Shown: piece after piece, positions 11,113 to 21,156 of the stretch
How the letters are laid out: each line of letters starts with the position of its first letter
Numbering within the stretch: position 1 is the stretch's first letter
DNA from: Spirochaetia bacterium
Lineage (GTDB): Bacteria > Spirochaetota > Spirochaetia > DSM-2461
Direction: 5' to 3'
Length of the DNA: 64,000 bases
Assembly (NCBI GenBank): GCA_963666985.2
Contig: CAXXIA010000002.1
Location: forward strand, 704,001 to 768,000
Notes under the pieces: generated by a model
Told to the model about the DNA's origin: nothing
Databases searched by the model: none
The model's input: only the letters and a program-made list of their open reading frames with translations
Position numbers and translations under genes: made by a program

Positions 11113-11237
11113 CTATATTCCTCCTGGCGACATAATCAGTTTAGAGAATCCTTGGAGTGATGAACAGCGGCCCGGCCATAATCCCGATCTTAAGATTGAA
11201 TCGATACGGCGGCGATGTCGAATCACATCCCCGCCGG

Positions 11238-12431
11238 CTAACGGATTCTCTTGGTTCCGGCCTTCAAAAGATCCCCCAGAGTCTTCGCCGGATCGGCGAA
11301 TTTCGATGTCAGTATCATGGCCGCGATGATATACGGCTTAAAACTGGCCTGTTTATAAAGGGGCACCCGGTATCGGTCGAATACGGTGGCGGCCACTTCG
11401 CCTTCGGAACAGCTCACGCCGCTGATGTCCGCGGGCAGGCAGTGGAGATAGAGAGCCTTGCCGCCGGATGTTTTGGACATCATCTCCTCGGTGCATTCCC
11501 AATCCTTATGATTCGCGTTCTGAGTCAAAAGCTCCTTTTCCAAAGACTTAATGCCCGCATCGTCGCCTGCGGCATACAAATCGGTCCTCTTTTCCATGAC
11601 GGCGTAAGGAGCCCAGGATTTGGGATAAACAATGTCGGCATTCTCGAAAGCCTCGGCCATGGAATAGGTTTTGGTGAACGAACCGCCGGAGTTCTCGGCG
11701 TTGGTCGTCGCCACTTGTTCCACATCCCCCATGATTTCATATCCTTCGGGATGCGCCAGAGCCACATCCATTCCGAATCGGGTCATGAGTCCGATAACGC
11801 CCTGGGGAACCGAAAGGGGTTTTCCGTATGAGGGAGAATAGGCCCAGGTCATGGCGACTTTCTTGCCTTTCAGATTTTCCACTCCGCCGAAATGCTCAAT
11901 AAGATGAAGGGTATCGGCCATGATTTGCGTGGGGTGGTCGATATCGCACTGAAGGTTCACCAGGGTAGGACGCTGTTCCAGAACACCGTCGTCAAAACCT
12001 TCTTGAACCGCTTGGGCGACATTCCTCATGTAAGTGTTGCCTTTGCCGATGTACATATCGTCCCGGATGCCGATAACGTCGGCCATGAACGAAATCATGT
12101 TGGCCGTTTCCCGTACGGTCTCGCCGTGGGCGATCTGACTCTTGCCTTCATCCAGATCCTGAACTTCCAGTCCCAGCATATTCGCCGCGCTGGCGTAGCT
12201 GAAACGGGTTCTGGTTGAATTATCCCGGAACAAACTGATGGCCAAACCGGAGTCGAAAAGCTTCGACGAAATGTTCCGCTCCCGAAGCGTCCGAAGGATT
12301 TGCGCCGTCTTGAAAGTCGCGGCAATCTCGTCGTCGGTTTTCTCCCAAGTCAGGAAGAAATCGTTCAAATACATGGCCGAGGTATCCAGAGCGGCCAGTT
12401 CCTTAATCATCGTTTTCGCATCATTTTTCAT
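11238..12431 (-). CDS. ygeW: Knotted carbamoyltransferase YgeW
   Basis: STRTR, HPTQ, WAYSPSYGKPLSVPQG, HCLPAD. Confidence 0.95.
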   Translation of the reverse strand: MKNDAKTMIKELAALDTSAMYLNDFFLTWEKTDDEIAATFKTAQILRTLRERNISSKLFDSGLAISLFRDNSTRTRFSYASAANMLGLEVQDLDEGKSQIAHGETVRETANMISFMADVIGIRDDMYIGKGNTYMRNVAQAVQEGFDDGVLEQRPTLVNLQCDIDHPTQIMADTLHLIEHFGGVENLKGKKVAMTWAYSPSYGKPLSVPQGVIGLMTRFGMDVALAHPEGYEIMGDVEQVATTNAENSGGSFTKTYSMAEAFENADIVYPKSWAPYAVMEKRTDLYAAGDDAGIKSLEKELLTQNANHKDWECTEEMMSKTSGGKALYLHCLPADISGVSCSEGEVAATVFDRYRVPLYKQASFKPYIIAAMILTSKFADPAKTLGDLLKAGTKRIR

Positions 12432-12491
12432 TGCGTGTATCCTTTTCTGCCCCTCGGCGGCATTTTCGCTCCGGGTTTTTTTAGCGGAATG

Positions 12492-15371
12492 TCAAATATT
12501 TCCCAATGCCCGAAGAATATTCTCAGGACTGAAGGGCCATTTTCTCATCCAAATCCCGCAGGCGTCATGGATGGCGTTGGCCAGGACGGGAGCGGCGCCG
12601 TTCACCGAAATCTCGGAAACGGATTTCGCCCCGAAAGGCCCGTGGGGATCGTCGGTTTCCACCAGATCCACGCGGAAATCATCGGGCACATCTCCGATCA
12701 TGGGCACCCCATAGCTCCTTAAATCCGGATTCAGGCACCGGCCTTCTCCGTCAAAAAGCATTTCTTCGTACATGGCGTGGCCGATGGATTTCATCACGGC
12801 ACCGAAAACCTGCCCCTTGGCCAATTCGGGATTCACCGGAACACCGCAGTCCTGAAGGGCATAATACTTTTCAATCTTAACCTTGCCGGTCCGGATATTC
12901 ACCGCGACCTGGGCGAAGTGAGCCCCGTAGGGAAAGGAAAACTTGTCGGTAACGAAGCTGGACGACGCGATAATCTGTCCGGAGCCCTCACCGCCCTGAG
13001 TGTGCCAGGCCAGCTTGGAAAAATCCATCAGCTTTTCACCGCTTGCGGCATCCGCGATGATTCCGGGGAATTCCAAATGCAGATCTTCGGGGAACCGTTC
13101 CAGAATCGCGGCGGACTCCATAAGAATTTTCTCCCGCATCTTCTCGGCGGCATTGTACGCCGCGCCTCCGGAGAAATAAGTACCGCTTGAAGCGTAAGCA
13201 CCTTTATCGAAAGGCGCCGTATCGGTATCGCCGGAATTGACGGTGACGTTTTTTATGTCGGCTTTAAGGATTTCGGCCACCATTTTTGTCACCACGGTAT
13301 CCAAACCCGTTCCCAAATCGGCACCTCCGGATTGAACAAGGAACGTTCCGTCGCCGAGCATCTTAATGGTGCAGTTCCCCTGATCCAAACCCGGAAGACC
13401 CGATCCCTGCTGGATAATGCACAGCCCCTTGCCGATTTTAATGTCGGGATTATCGGAAACTTCTTTCTTACCCCATTCGATGAGCTTAATGCCCTTTTTC
13501 AGAGCCTCATCCAGTCCGCAGCTGTCTACGGCCGCCGCGGCGCCTTCACGGCCCTCACCGAGGCATTTGAGGATTTCCAGCACCGAACCTTTGCGCACCC
13601 GATTCTTTTCAATCAGCGCGTAATGGTCCATGCCGAGTTCCACGGCCAACTCTTTCACAGCCATCTGCATGGCGTAATTGCCCTTCGGCGCGCCGTATCC
13701 CTGATAAGCACCGGTAGGCGGGATGTTCGAATAATAGGCCGTAACGGTAAAGAAAGCGTTGTCGCAGAGGAAAAGCGGCAGACTTTTGGAAACACCGTTC
13801 ATCGGAACGGTCAGCGCATGGGCTCCGTAGGCACCCTGATTGGATTCCACATCCATCCGCATCGCGGTAAGCTTTCCATCCTTTTTGGCCCCCAGCTTCA
13901 CCCTGATACGCATGGGCTTCCGGGTGCTGCAGGCGATGAATTCCTCGCGGCGGGTGTATTGATGAAACACCGGCCGGGCCGTCGTCCAAGCCGCCCAGGC
14001 CGCGAGTTCATCCAGAAGGATGTCCTGTTTGGATCCGTAGCCGCCGCCGACACGCTCTTTGATAACACGAACCTTATTTTCCGGGATTCCCAACTGAGTG
14101 GCGACGATGCGCCGCAAGTGATAGGGAACCTGCGTGGAGGCGTGAATGATAATGCGATCACCTTCGGGTTTAACGTAGGTTGTATGCATTTCCAAAGGCG
14201 TGCATTGGATTTGGGAAGTCTCATACGTGCGCTCGATAACGACATCCGCCTCGGAAAAGCCCTTTTCCACATCGCCGATGCCGCCTTCCACCGAGGCCGC
14301 GATGTTCTTTCTCGGATTCCCGCCGATGGGGAACTGGTAGATAACCGGCGTTTCATTGGGATCGGCGGCCGCGTTCAGTTCTTCCAAGTTATCCGGCGCT
14401 CCGTTAACGTACCGAATCGGTCCGTCGTGAAGAAGCGGGGCGTCTTCGGCCTTTGCCTCGTCATAAGTCATGACATGGGGAAGCACTTCGTAATCCACTT
14501 CGATGAGATTCAGCGCATTCAGAGCCGTTTCTTCATCTTCGGCCAGCACCGCCGCCACTCTGTCGCCGTAATGCCGAACCTTCGTATCCAGAAGGACTCT
14601 GTCGTACGGCGAGGGTTCGGGGAACCCCTGTCCGGCCTGGCTGTAGGGTCTTTGCGGTACGTTGGCATGCGTAAAAACAGCCACCACTCCGTCCAAATCT
14701 TCGGCGGCCGATGTATCGATACGGACGATGTTCGCGTGGGCGTGAGGGCTGCGGAGAACTTTCAGGATGCAGGCGTCTTTTTCCACCCTGTCTTCGACGA
14801 AGGCCTTCTCTCCGGCGACGAGCCGAGCGGCATCCACCTTGGGGATTCTCTTGCCGATGTAGCGGGATGTTCCGCCGAAAGAGGGAGAAGGAGGCATGGC
14901 GTATTCGGTTTCGTGCTTTTTCGCAACGGCGATCCGCACCGCTTCGAAGAACTGTTCGTATCCGGTGGCTCTGTTGAATAGTCCCGAAAGAGCATCCACG
15001 ACATCGGCTCTCGTGGGCGCCGGAACACGCTCGATCAAATCGGCTATCATCAGGGCCGCGGCGGGGGAATTGTATCCGGACTGCACGCACCCGGCTTCGA
15101 TAAGGGCCTTCTGGACGAAAGAAAGCGTCCGCCCCGTTCGCTGGGAATTCACGGTTTTCACGTCTCGGCCGTCAAGCTGGCCCGCTATAAGCAGATTCGC
15201 ACCGACAATTTTCCCGTCGAGCAGAATGGTATCGGATCCGGCGAATCCGTGCCCGTCGTCGCTGTTCCGCACCGAATCGATTCCCATATCTTTGAGAAGT
15301 TTAACCGCGCAGAGACCCGGATCGGCATGAACCGTGCGCTCCGCTCCGTCCAAAACAAACGTGATCTTCAT
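12492..15371 (-). CDS. xdhD: Fused Fe-S/molybdopterin subunit XdhD (YgfN)
   Basis: N-terminal SVRNSDDGHGFAGSD as in XdhD; GGGYGSK, GAYQGYG, GAKSVSE; ATGA overlap with upstream gene. Confidence 0.9.
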   Translation of the reverse strand: MKITFVLDGAERTVHADPGLCAVKLLKDMGIDSVRNSDDGHGFAGSDTILLDGKIVGANLLIAGQLDGRDVKTVNSQRTGRTLSFVQKALIEAGCVQSGYNSPAAALMIADLIERVPAPTRADVVDALSGLFNRATGYEQFFEAVRIAVAKKHETEYAMPPSPSFGGTSRYIGKRIPKVDAARLVAGEKAFVEDRVEKDACILKVLRSPHAHANIVRIDTSAAEDLDGVVAVFTHANVPQRPYSQAGQGFPEPSPYDRVLLDTKVRHYGDRVAAVLAEDEETALNALNLIEVDYEVLPHVMTYDEAKAEDAPLLHDGPIRYVNGAPDNLEELNAAADPNETPVIYQFPIGGNPRKNIAASVEGGIGDVEKGFSEADVVIERTYETSQIQCTPLEMHTTYVKPEGDRIIIHASTQVPYHLRRIVATQLGIPENKVRVIKERVGGGYGSKQDILLDELAAWAAWTTARPVFHQYTRREEFIACSTRKPMRIRVKLGAKKDGKLTAMRMDVESNQGAYGAHALTVPMNGVSKSLPLFLCDNAFFTVTAYYSNIPPTGAYQGYGAPKGNYAMQMAVKELAVELGMDHYALIEKNRVRKGSVLEILKCLGEGREGAAAAVDSCGLDEALKKGIKLIEWGKKEVSDNPDIKIGKGLCIIQQGSGLPGLDQGNCTIKMLGDGTFLVQSGGADLGTGLDTVVTKMVAEILKADIKNVTVNSGDTDTAPFDKGAYASSGTYFSGGAAYNAAEKMREKILMESAAILERFPEDLHLEFPGIIADAASGEKLMDFSKLAWHTQGGEGSGQIIASSSFVTDKFSFPYGAHFAQVAVNIRTGKVKIEKYYALQDCGVPVNPELAKGQVFGAVMKSIGHAMYEEMLFDGEGRCLNPDLRSYGVPMIGDVPDDFRVDLVETDDPHGPFGAKSVSEISVNGAAPVLANAIHDACGIWMRKWPFSPENILRALGNI

Positions 15372-16168
15372 GAAAGCGCCTCCAGAGAGCAAATGAGGGC
15401 GCCGGCAACGACGACTCCGTTGATATAGGTTTTATATTCGGCGGATCCGAGAATATCGGCTTCGGGCCGAATCTCCGCCCGGACGGCTTCTTCGATGGAC
15501 GCGCGGTCCGTAAGAGTTCCCGAAACGATTCCCTCTTCCACGGCGGTAAGCCGAATGGTTTTCGAAGCGACGCATCCCACGGCGACACATGCACCCGAGG
15601 GAGCTCCTTTGGAGGCTTCATTCCCCGGAACCATGGATACGGCGGCGCTCACAACCGGCAACGCCAAATGAGAACGCGACTCTTTCACGACGATGCAGGG
15701 ACCGATAGGAAGGGGAACATACACATCCAGAATGAGTTCCCTGCGGTTATCCCGGATATATTCTTCAATGGAGAAACTCCCCTCGGCCGTTCTGACCGTT
15801 CCGGAAAGGGCGATGAGCGCCGGAATAAGGTAGGAATCGGCCCGGCCCGCGGCTATATTGCCGCCGATGGTTGCCTGATTGCGGATACTGCGCGTGGGAA
15901 TGAATCCGGCCGCTTTCCGCAGCGCCGGAGGAACCGCTTCCGAATCGGCGATTTCTTGCAGCGTGGCCATCGCTCCGATAACCACATCGGTTCCTTCCCG
16001 AACAATGTTTCCCGAAACGGCGTCTCTGATATCGATTACGGAGGAAGGCCGTCCCTGTTCCAGAGGTGCTCGATTGATTTGGGTTCCTCCGGCGAGAAAA
16101 ACGGCATCGGGCCGTTCTTTCATCGCATCCAAAGCCTCGGTAACGCCGGCCGGTCTTACATACATCAT
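15368..16168 (-). CDS. ygfM: FAD-binding subunit of molybdenum hydroxylase (YgfM-like)
   Basis: LAGGT, IRNQATIGGN; directly upstream of xdhD. Confidence 0.8.
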   Translation of the reverse strand: MMYVRPAGVTEALDAMKERPDAVFLAGGTQINRAPLEQGRPSSVIDIRDAVSGNIVREGTDVVIGAMATLQEIADSEAVPPALRKAAGFIPTRSIRNQATIGGNIAAGRADSYLIPALIALSGTVRTAEGSFSIEEYIRDNRRELILDVYVPLPIGPCIVVKESRSHLALPVVSAAVSMVPGNEASKGAPSGACVAVGCVASKTIRLTAVEEGIVSGTLTDRASIEEAVRAEIRPEADILGSAEYKTYINGVVVAGALICSLEALS

Positions 16169-17532
16169 ATTCCCGCCCTCCCGTACAAAGCATTCACAGC
16201 TTCGGCCGCTTTCGCGGTCAGTTCCTCATCTTCCATTCCGACAAGCCGGCCGTTTTCCACAACGATGCGGCCGTTCACGATGGTATAGGCGGCCCGATGA
16301 TCGTATCCGGAAAAAATCAGAGCCGCGGCCGGATCGCTCAAGGCACCGACATAAGGAATATCGTTTACATCGAAGAGAGCCAGATCCGCGGCCCAGTCGG
16401 CCTTAATGCGCCCGATTTTCTCAAAACCCAAAAGTTTCGCGCCGTTCTCGCCGGCCAAACGCCAAGCTTCCCGGGCGCTTAAAGCCTTGGCCCCCTTGGC
16501 AACCCTCTGAAGAAGCAGGGCCTGACGGACTTCTCCGAGCATATCGGACGTGTCGTTGGAAGCCGAGCCGTCCACTCCCAGAGCGACATTCACTCCGCGA
16601 TCAAGCATTTCCCGAACCCGGCAAACTCCGGACCCCAGACGCATGTTGGAACTCGGACAATGACTCACACCGGTACCGGAGGAAGCCAGCAAGTCCAATT
16701 CGGCGTCATTGAAGAAAATGCCGTGAGCAAACCAGACATCATCGCCGATGAAATCACAATCTTCCATCAGCTTCAGCGGCCGCCTCTTGTACATTTCCAC
16801 GCAATAGTCTTCTTCATCACGCGTTTCGGCCAGATGCGTATGCAGCCGGGCACCGTACCTGCGGGCCAGCGCCGCCGAATCCTTCATCAAAGCTTCCGAC
16901 ACCGAAAAAGGGCTGCAGGGCGCCAAGGCCACCTTGCGCATGGCCCAGGGATTCGGATCGTGAAATTCCCTGATAACCCGTTCAGAGTCCCTCAAAATCG
17001 TCTTTTCGTCCTGCACCGTCGAATCCGGCGGCAGACCGCCGTCCTTCTTGGAACGGCTCATGCTTCCGCGCGTCGGCGCGAAACGAATTCCGGTAACCGC
17101 GGCGGCGTCGAACTGGAGCGCCATGATGTCCGCGCCGATTCCTTCCGGATAGAGATAATGATGATCCGAAGCCGTCGTACAGCCGGTCTTCAACAGCTCG
17201 GCCGTCGCCAGAGCGGTGGACCACCAAACGGTTTCGGAGTCCATGTTTTTCCAGATTTCATAGAGATAGGTGAGCCAATCGAAAAGTTCGGCATCCTGCG
17301 CGGCAGGCAGATTTCGGGTAAACGTCTGATAAAAATGATGATGCGTATTCACCAGTCCCGGAACAGCCACCATTCCGGACGCATCAATGGTTTCCACATT
17401 CGAATCCGGCGGCGGAGTTAAATTGCGGCCGACTTCGAGGATGCGCGTTCCCTTAATGAGCACATCGGCATCCCTCAGGACTTCACCGTCGGCGCTGGTA
17501 AGAACGGCTAAGGCGTTTTGAATATGAATCAT
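16165..17532 (-). CDS. 8-oxoguanine deaminase-like amidohydrolase
   Basis: NTHHHFYQ, HTHLAET, HCPSSNMRLGSG, GVDGSASND. Confidence 0.85.
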   Translation of the reverse strand: MIHIQNALAVLTSADGEVLRDADVLIKGTRILEVGRNLTPPPDSNVETIDASGMVAVPGLVNTHHHFYQTFTRNLPAAQDAELFDWLTYLYEIWKNMDSETVWWSTALATAELLKTGCTTASDHHYLYPEGIGADIMALQFDAAAVTGIRFAPTRGSMSRSKKDGGLPPDSTVQDEKTILRDSERVIREFHDPNPWAMRKVALAPCSPFSVSEALMKDSAALARRYGARLHTHLAETRDEEDYCVEMYKRRPLKLMEDCDFIGDDVWFAHGIFFNDAELDLLASSGTGVSHCPSSNMRLGSGVCRVREMLDRGVNVALGVDGSASNDTSDMLGEVRQALLLQRVAKGAKALSAREAWRLAGENGAKLLGFEKIGRIKADWAADLALFDVNDIPYVGALSDPAAALIFSGYDHRAAYTIVNGRIVVENGRLVGMEDEELTAKAAEAVNALYGRAGI

Positions 17533-17566
17533 TATGCTCCCCTCATCTGGTTGGCACTGGGATATA

Positions 17567-17595
17567 ATGATACTTCGCCGCGTATCCTTCTACAA
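17567..17595 (-). promoter_or_regulatory. Candidate sigma70 promoter for deaminase-ygfM-xdhD-ygeW block
   Basis: Minus strand TTGTAG, 17 bp, TATCAT. Confidence 0.5.
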
Positions 17596-17745
17596 GGAAT
17601 CCCGCGATTTCCCGGCGAGAAAAGACTCATTTCAAAAGACTGGGCGTTTCCCCAACCTCCGGTTTAAGGGGCTGGGCAGGCATGGGCGTTTACACGCACC
17701 ACAGATCCGGACATGCGAATTCCCCGCATCCGCCTCCTCATGTAG

Positions 17746-17969
17746 AACATTCACATGTTCAGCGCCCTCGACTTTTTCGTTGAGCTTACCCAGCACATCC
17801 CGCCGAAGGGTTTACAACTTATCCGACGATACGGTTATACGTATCACGCACTAAGAGGCAAGAGGAAGATATGCCATGGATTTCACAACGGGCCCCTGAT
17901 GAGTGGAAGGGTTCGCATCCGGGTGCTGCCTATGATGTCTCGCAAAATCTAGGCCATGAACCGTTTTCA
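17746..17969 (+). pseudogene. IS91-family (Y2/HUH) transposase internal fragment, frameshifted
   Basis: NIHMFSALDFFVELTQHIPPKGLQLIRRYG, 1-nt shift, YVSRTK...MPWISQRAPDEWK; resembles the QHIP..IRRYGLY region of Y2 transposases. Confidence 0.7.
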
Positions 17970-18071
17970 GAGGCTGCGTCCGTTCAAGCAATTATCGACA
18001 AAGTCGAAATGGTCACTAATAATAACTTGGGACTCTATCAACTGGATAAAGAAGTCTCCGCCCGGCAGTAA
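17970..18071 (+). pseudogene. Ferritin (FtnA-like) C-terminal fragment
   Basis: EAASVQAIIDKVEMVTNNNLGLYQLDKEVSARQ* resembles ferritin helices D-E (I.DK...GLY.LDKE..AR). Confidence 0.6.
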
Positions 18072-18117
18072 GTGTCGCGGAACCTGATTCGCCCTCGGGC
18101 GATATAGGAGTCCATTA

Positions 18118-18280
18118 ATGAAGAAATATGTATGTGATATGTGAGGTTACATTTACGATCCGGCTGAAGGAGATCCTGATAACGACATAGCTGCAGGAAT
18201 CCCCTTTTGATGCATTGCCTGATGACTGGGTTTGCCCGCTGTGCGGGACCGAGAAGTCCGGATTCTCGGAGATGGACGAC
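18118..18280 (+). pseudogene. Rubredoxin pseudogene (nonsense + frameshift)
   Basis: [37 protein letters not shown], +1 shift near 18208, [19 protein letters not shown]. Confidence 0.9.
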
Positions 18281-18553
18281 TGCTTCGTCTTTCTGCTTTG
18301 TAGCCAACCCCCTGCAAAAAGGGCGGAAGAGGACCAATCTTGAGGTGTCGGTCCTTTTTGGATCAATTCCCTCCAGAATCGAGACGCCATAACCTCGACC
18401 ATGATCTCTTGTAGGTTTTTATCGAGAAATCATGAAAAAGGTCATCCTTTATTTGTCGGAAAAATAAAATAGATTAGTCGTATTCCAGGTGGCGGGCCAT
18501 TTTCTGCGGTTCTACCATTACTTCACATTTTCACACAAACGAGGAGGTTAAGT

Positions 18554-20062
18554 ATGAAAAAGGGAATCCCACTGTTAACAGTTCTTCTGGGAATGGTTTT
18601 CCTAACACCCATATTCGCCAATGGCGATATGGAACAAAATGCGAATGGTGATGGGATACAGGAAGTTAATGTTGTTTTTGTTCAGCTGTCTGCATCTCTG
18701 CCGGATCTCAGTATTGTCGAAGCGGCCATTAATGAGAGAACGGAATCGGAAATCAATGCTCATATCAATCTGGTAGGCCTGCCAATTTCCAATTACAGCC
18801 AGCAGATCAGATTGATGCTGGCCTCCCGGGAAAAAATGGATCTGTTCCTGACCGGAACGCTCCCTTTCTTTGATTTTCCCGGACAGCTGGCAAACAAACA
18901 GCTTCTTCCCTTGAATGAGCCTTTGAATGCCTACGGTCAGGAACTCCAGGATACCGTCGGCGATTTCCTCAACGTGTCCAAGGCCGGTGGAAATATTTAT
19001 GCGGTTCCCACGTTCCGGGATGAAGCCAAAGCCCCCGGATACGGGATTCGCGCCGATCTTGTTGAGAAATATAATATTGATCTTTCCCAAATCCGCTCAA
19101 TTGAAGATATTGAGCCAATTCTTGCTCTAATTCGTGAAAATGAGCCGGATTTAATACCTTTCAATCCTTGTCAGGAAATGAGCACCGGCCTTGATGTATC
19201 CATACATATTCCCGGTGGAGATCCCCTGAGCAGTGATCATTACTTTACGGGCGTTCTTATGGATGCGGACAACGGCAACACCAAGTTGGTCAACTATTAT
19301 GAGACCCCTCAGGCAAAGAACCTTTTCGAGATGACAAGAAGGTGGTATCAGGCCGGGTATATCGGAAAGAGCTTCCTGACCGGAACAGAGTCCGGAACTC
19401 AGCTTGTTCAGGCCGGAAGGTTGGCATCACTAATTCAGGATGTGAAGCCCGGCGTGGAGTCGCAACTCAGCAACCAATGCGGAATGCCGATGCGAGTAGT
19501 ACCATTAGCCGAGCCTATTTCCTACACTGGGGTTGTTGGAGCTTTTATGTGGGCAGTTCCGAATTATACAGACGTTCCGGAGGCTGCCGTAAGATTTCTC
19601 AATATGATGTACTCCGATGAAGATATAATAAACAAGCTAATCTGGGGCATTGAGGGGCGTCATTACGTTATAACCGACGATGGAACCATCGACTATCCGG
19701 AAGGTATCGATGCCAACACCTCCGGATATCCCATGTTTTCAAGTTTCCTGTGGGGTAACTCCCTAAAATCCCATATTTTCAAAGGCGATTCCATCACATT
19801 GTGGGATGACACTCAGGAATTTAATGACACAGCCGTTAAATCCGTAGGTTTGGGCTTCATTTTCGATCCTACTCCGGTGAAGACCGAGTACGCGGCTTGT
19901 ACCAATGTTTGGCAGCAATATGAAAAGGTGCTGGGCATCGGAGCCGCAGATCCTGATGAATTACTGGAGGAATTTATCAGCAACCTCAAAGACGCCGGTG
20001 TCGATGCGATTATCACCGAGAAACAGAGACAGTTTGACGCATGGCTTAAACTGAACAACTGA
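18554..20062 (+). CDS. Carbohydrate ABC substrate-binding protein (LplA/DUF3502-like)
   Basis: Signal peptide ending FANG; WGIEGRHY, LGFIFDP, AGVDAIITEKQRQ. Confidence 0.88.
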   Translation: MKKGIPLLTVLLGMVFLTPIFANGDMEQNANGDGIQEVNVVFVQLSASLPDLSIVEAAINERTESEINAHINLVGLPISNYSQQIRLMLASREKMDLFLTGTLPFFDFPGQLANKQLLPLNEPLNAYGQELQDTVGDFLNVSKAGGNIYAVPTFRDEAKAPGYGIRADLVEKYNIDLSQIRSIEDIEPILALIRENEPDLIPFNPCQEMSTGLDVSIHIPGGDPLSSDHYFTGVLMDADNGNTKLVNYYETPQAKNLFEMTRRWYQAGYIGKSFLTGTESGTQLVQAGRLASLIQDVKPGVESQLSNQCGMPMRVVPLAEPISYTGVVGAFMWAVPNYTDVPEAAVRFLNMMYSDEDIINKLIWGIEGRHYVITDDGTIDYPEGIDANTSGYPMFSSFLWGNSLKSHIFKGDSITLWDDTQEFNDTAVKSVGLGFIFDPTPVKTEYAACTNVWQQYEKVLGIGAADPDELLEEFISNLKDAGVDAIITEKQRQFDAWLKLNN

Positions 20063-20088
20063 TTATAATTCACAGAATATAAAAACAT

Positions 20089-20120
20089 ACCGTTCCGGAT
20101 TCAAGGAAATCCGGAACGGT
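20089..20120 (+). other. 13-bp stem-loop between binding-protein and permease genes
   Basis: ACCGTTCCGGATT-CAAGGA-AATCCGGAACGGT. Confidence 0.55.
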
Positions 20121-20202
20121 TCGGAAGGGTCTATTTTTCACATCGCCCAACAGCGGATGAACGAATTAAGCCATGCCCGTAAAGATAAGCAAATAAGGAC
20201 GA

Positions 20203-21135
20203 ATGATGAAGCCTCCAGCGCTGAAAAATAAATCCAGTTTTCGGAGATACCTGCCGCTGTTTCTGATGATGATACCGGGACTCCTATATCTTTTAATCAA
20301 CAATTACATACCTATGGCCGGTTTGGTAATCGCATTTAAGGACATTGACTATTCCGTGGGGATACTGAAAAGCCCTTGGTGCGGATTGAAGAATTTTGAG
20401 TATCTCTTCAAGACCTCCGACGCAATGATTATTACGAGGAATACCATTTGCTACAATGCGGTGTTTATCGCCCTGACGACGTTTTTTGCGGTGATTACGG
20501 CTGTCTTGTTGAATGAATTAAAGAGCCGCTTCCTTCTGAAGCTCTATCAAAGCCTGATACTGCTTCCGTATTTGATATCCATGATTATCGTTGCTTACTT
20601 GGTTTATGCTGTGCTCAGTGTTGATACGGGGTTTTTTAACAACAGTATTCTTCCCTTTCTGGGACTTGATGGTATCGACTGGTACAGCCGACCCGAATTT
20701 TGGCCTTTCATCCTGACATTTGTGAATCTTTGGAAGAATGTCGGATACCTGTGCATCATATATTTCGCATCCCTTGTCGGTATCGATCAGGAATGTTACG
20801 AAGCCGCCATGCTGGACGGTGCGTCCAGGCTCCAGCAGATCCGGCATATAACAATTCCCCTTCTGAAGCCGGTCATCATAACGATGGTCCTCCTTCAAAT
20901 CGGGCGAATCTTTTATGCCGACTTCGGCCTTTTCTACCAGGTTCCGATGAACTCAGGACTTCTGTACAGAACCACGAACGTCATCGACACCTATGTCTAT
21001 CGTGGACTCCTTCAAATCGGGGATATCGGCATGGCTTCGGCGGCAGGCATGTATCAATCCATTGTCGGTTTCTGTCTTGTGATGCTGGCCAACACTCTGG
21101 TTCGAAAAATCGACCCCGATAACGCATTGTTCTAA
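20203..21135 (+). CDS. Carbohydrate ABC permease (LplB-like)
   Basis: EAA loop YEAAMLDGAS; VIDTYVYR. Confidence 0.92.
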   Translation: MMKPPALKNKSSFRRYLPLFLMMIPGLLYLLINNYIPMAGLVIAFKDIDYSVGILKSPWCGLKNFEYLFKTSDAMIITRNTICYNAVFIALTTFFAVITAVLLNELKSRFLLKLYQSLILLPYLISMIIVAYLVYAVLSVDTGFFNNSILPFLGLDGIDWYSRPEFWPFILTFVNLWKNVGYLCIIYFASLVGIDQECYEAAMLDGASRLQQIRHITIPLLKPVIITMVLLQIGRIFYADFGLFYQVPMNSGLLYRTTNVIDTYVYRGLLQIGDIGMASAAGMYQSIVGFCLVMLANTLVRKIDPDNALF

Positions 21136-21156
21136 TACGAAAGGAAGACGGAAAAT

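Noticed and set aside
13332..14981. 549-aa plus-strand ORF
   Set aside because: Antisense shadow of xdhD with no recognisable motifs
15000..15371. Missing Cys ligands in the XdhD N-terminal Fe-S domain as a sign of decay
   Set aside because: The SVRNSDDG.GFAGSD form is, as I recall, normal for XdhD; the ORF is intact
18142..18144. TGA exactly at a rubredoxin Cys ligand, suggesting a selenocysteine rubredoxin near selenium-linked genes
   Set aside because: An independent +1 frameshift near 18208 also breaks the gene, the neighbours are decayed, TGY to TGA is one substitution, and I saw no clear SECIS hairpin; reconsider only if reads remove the frameshift
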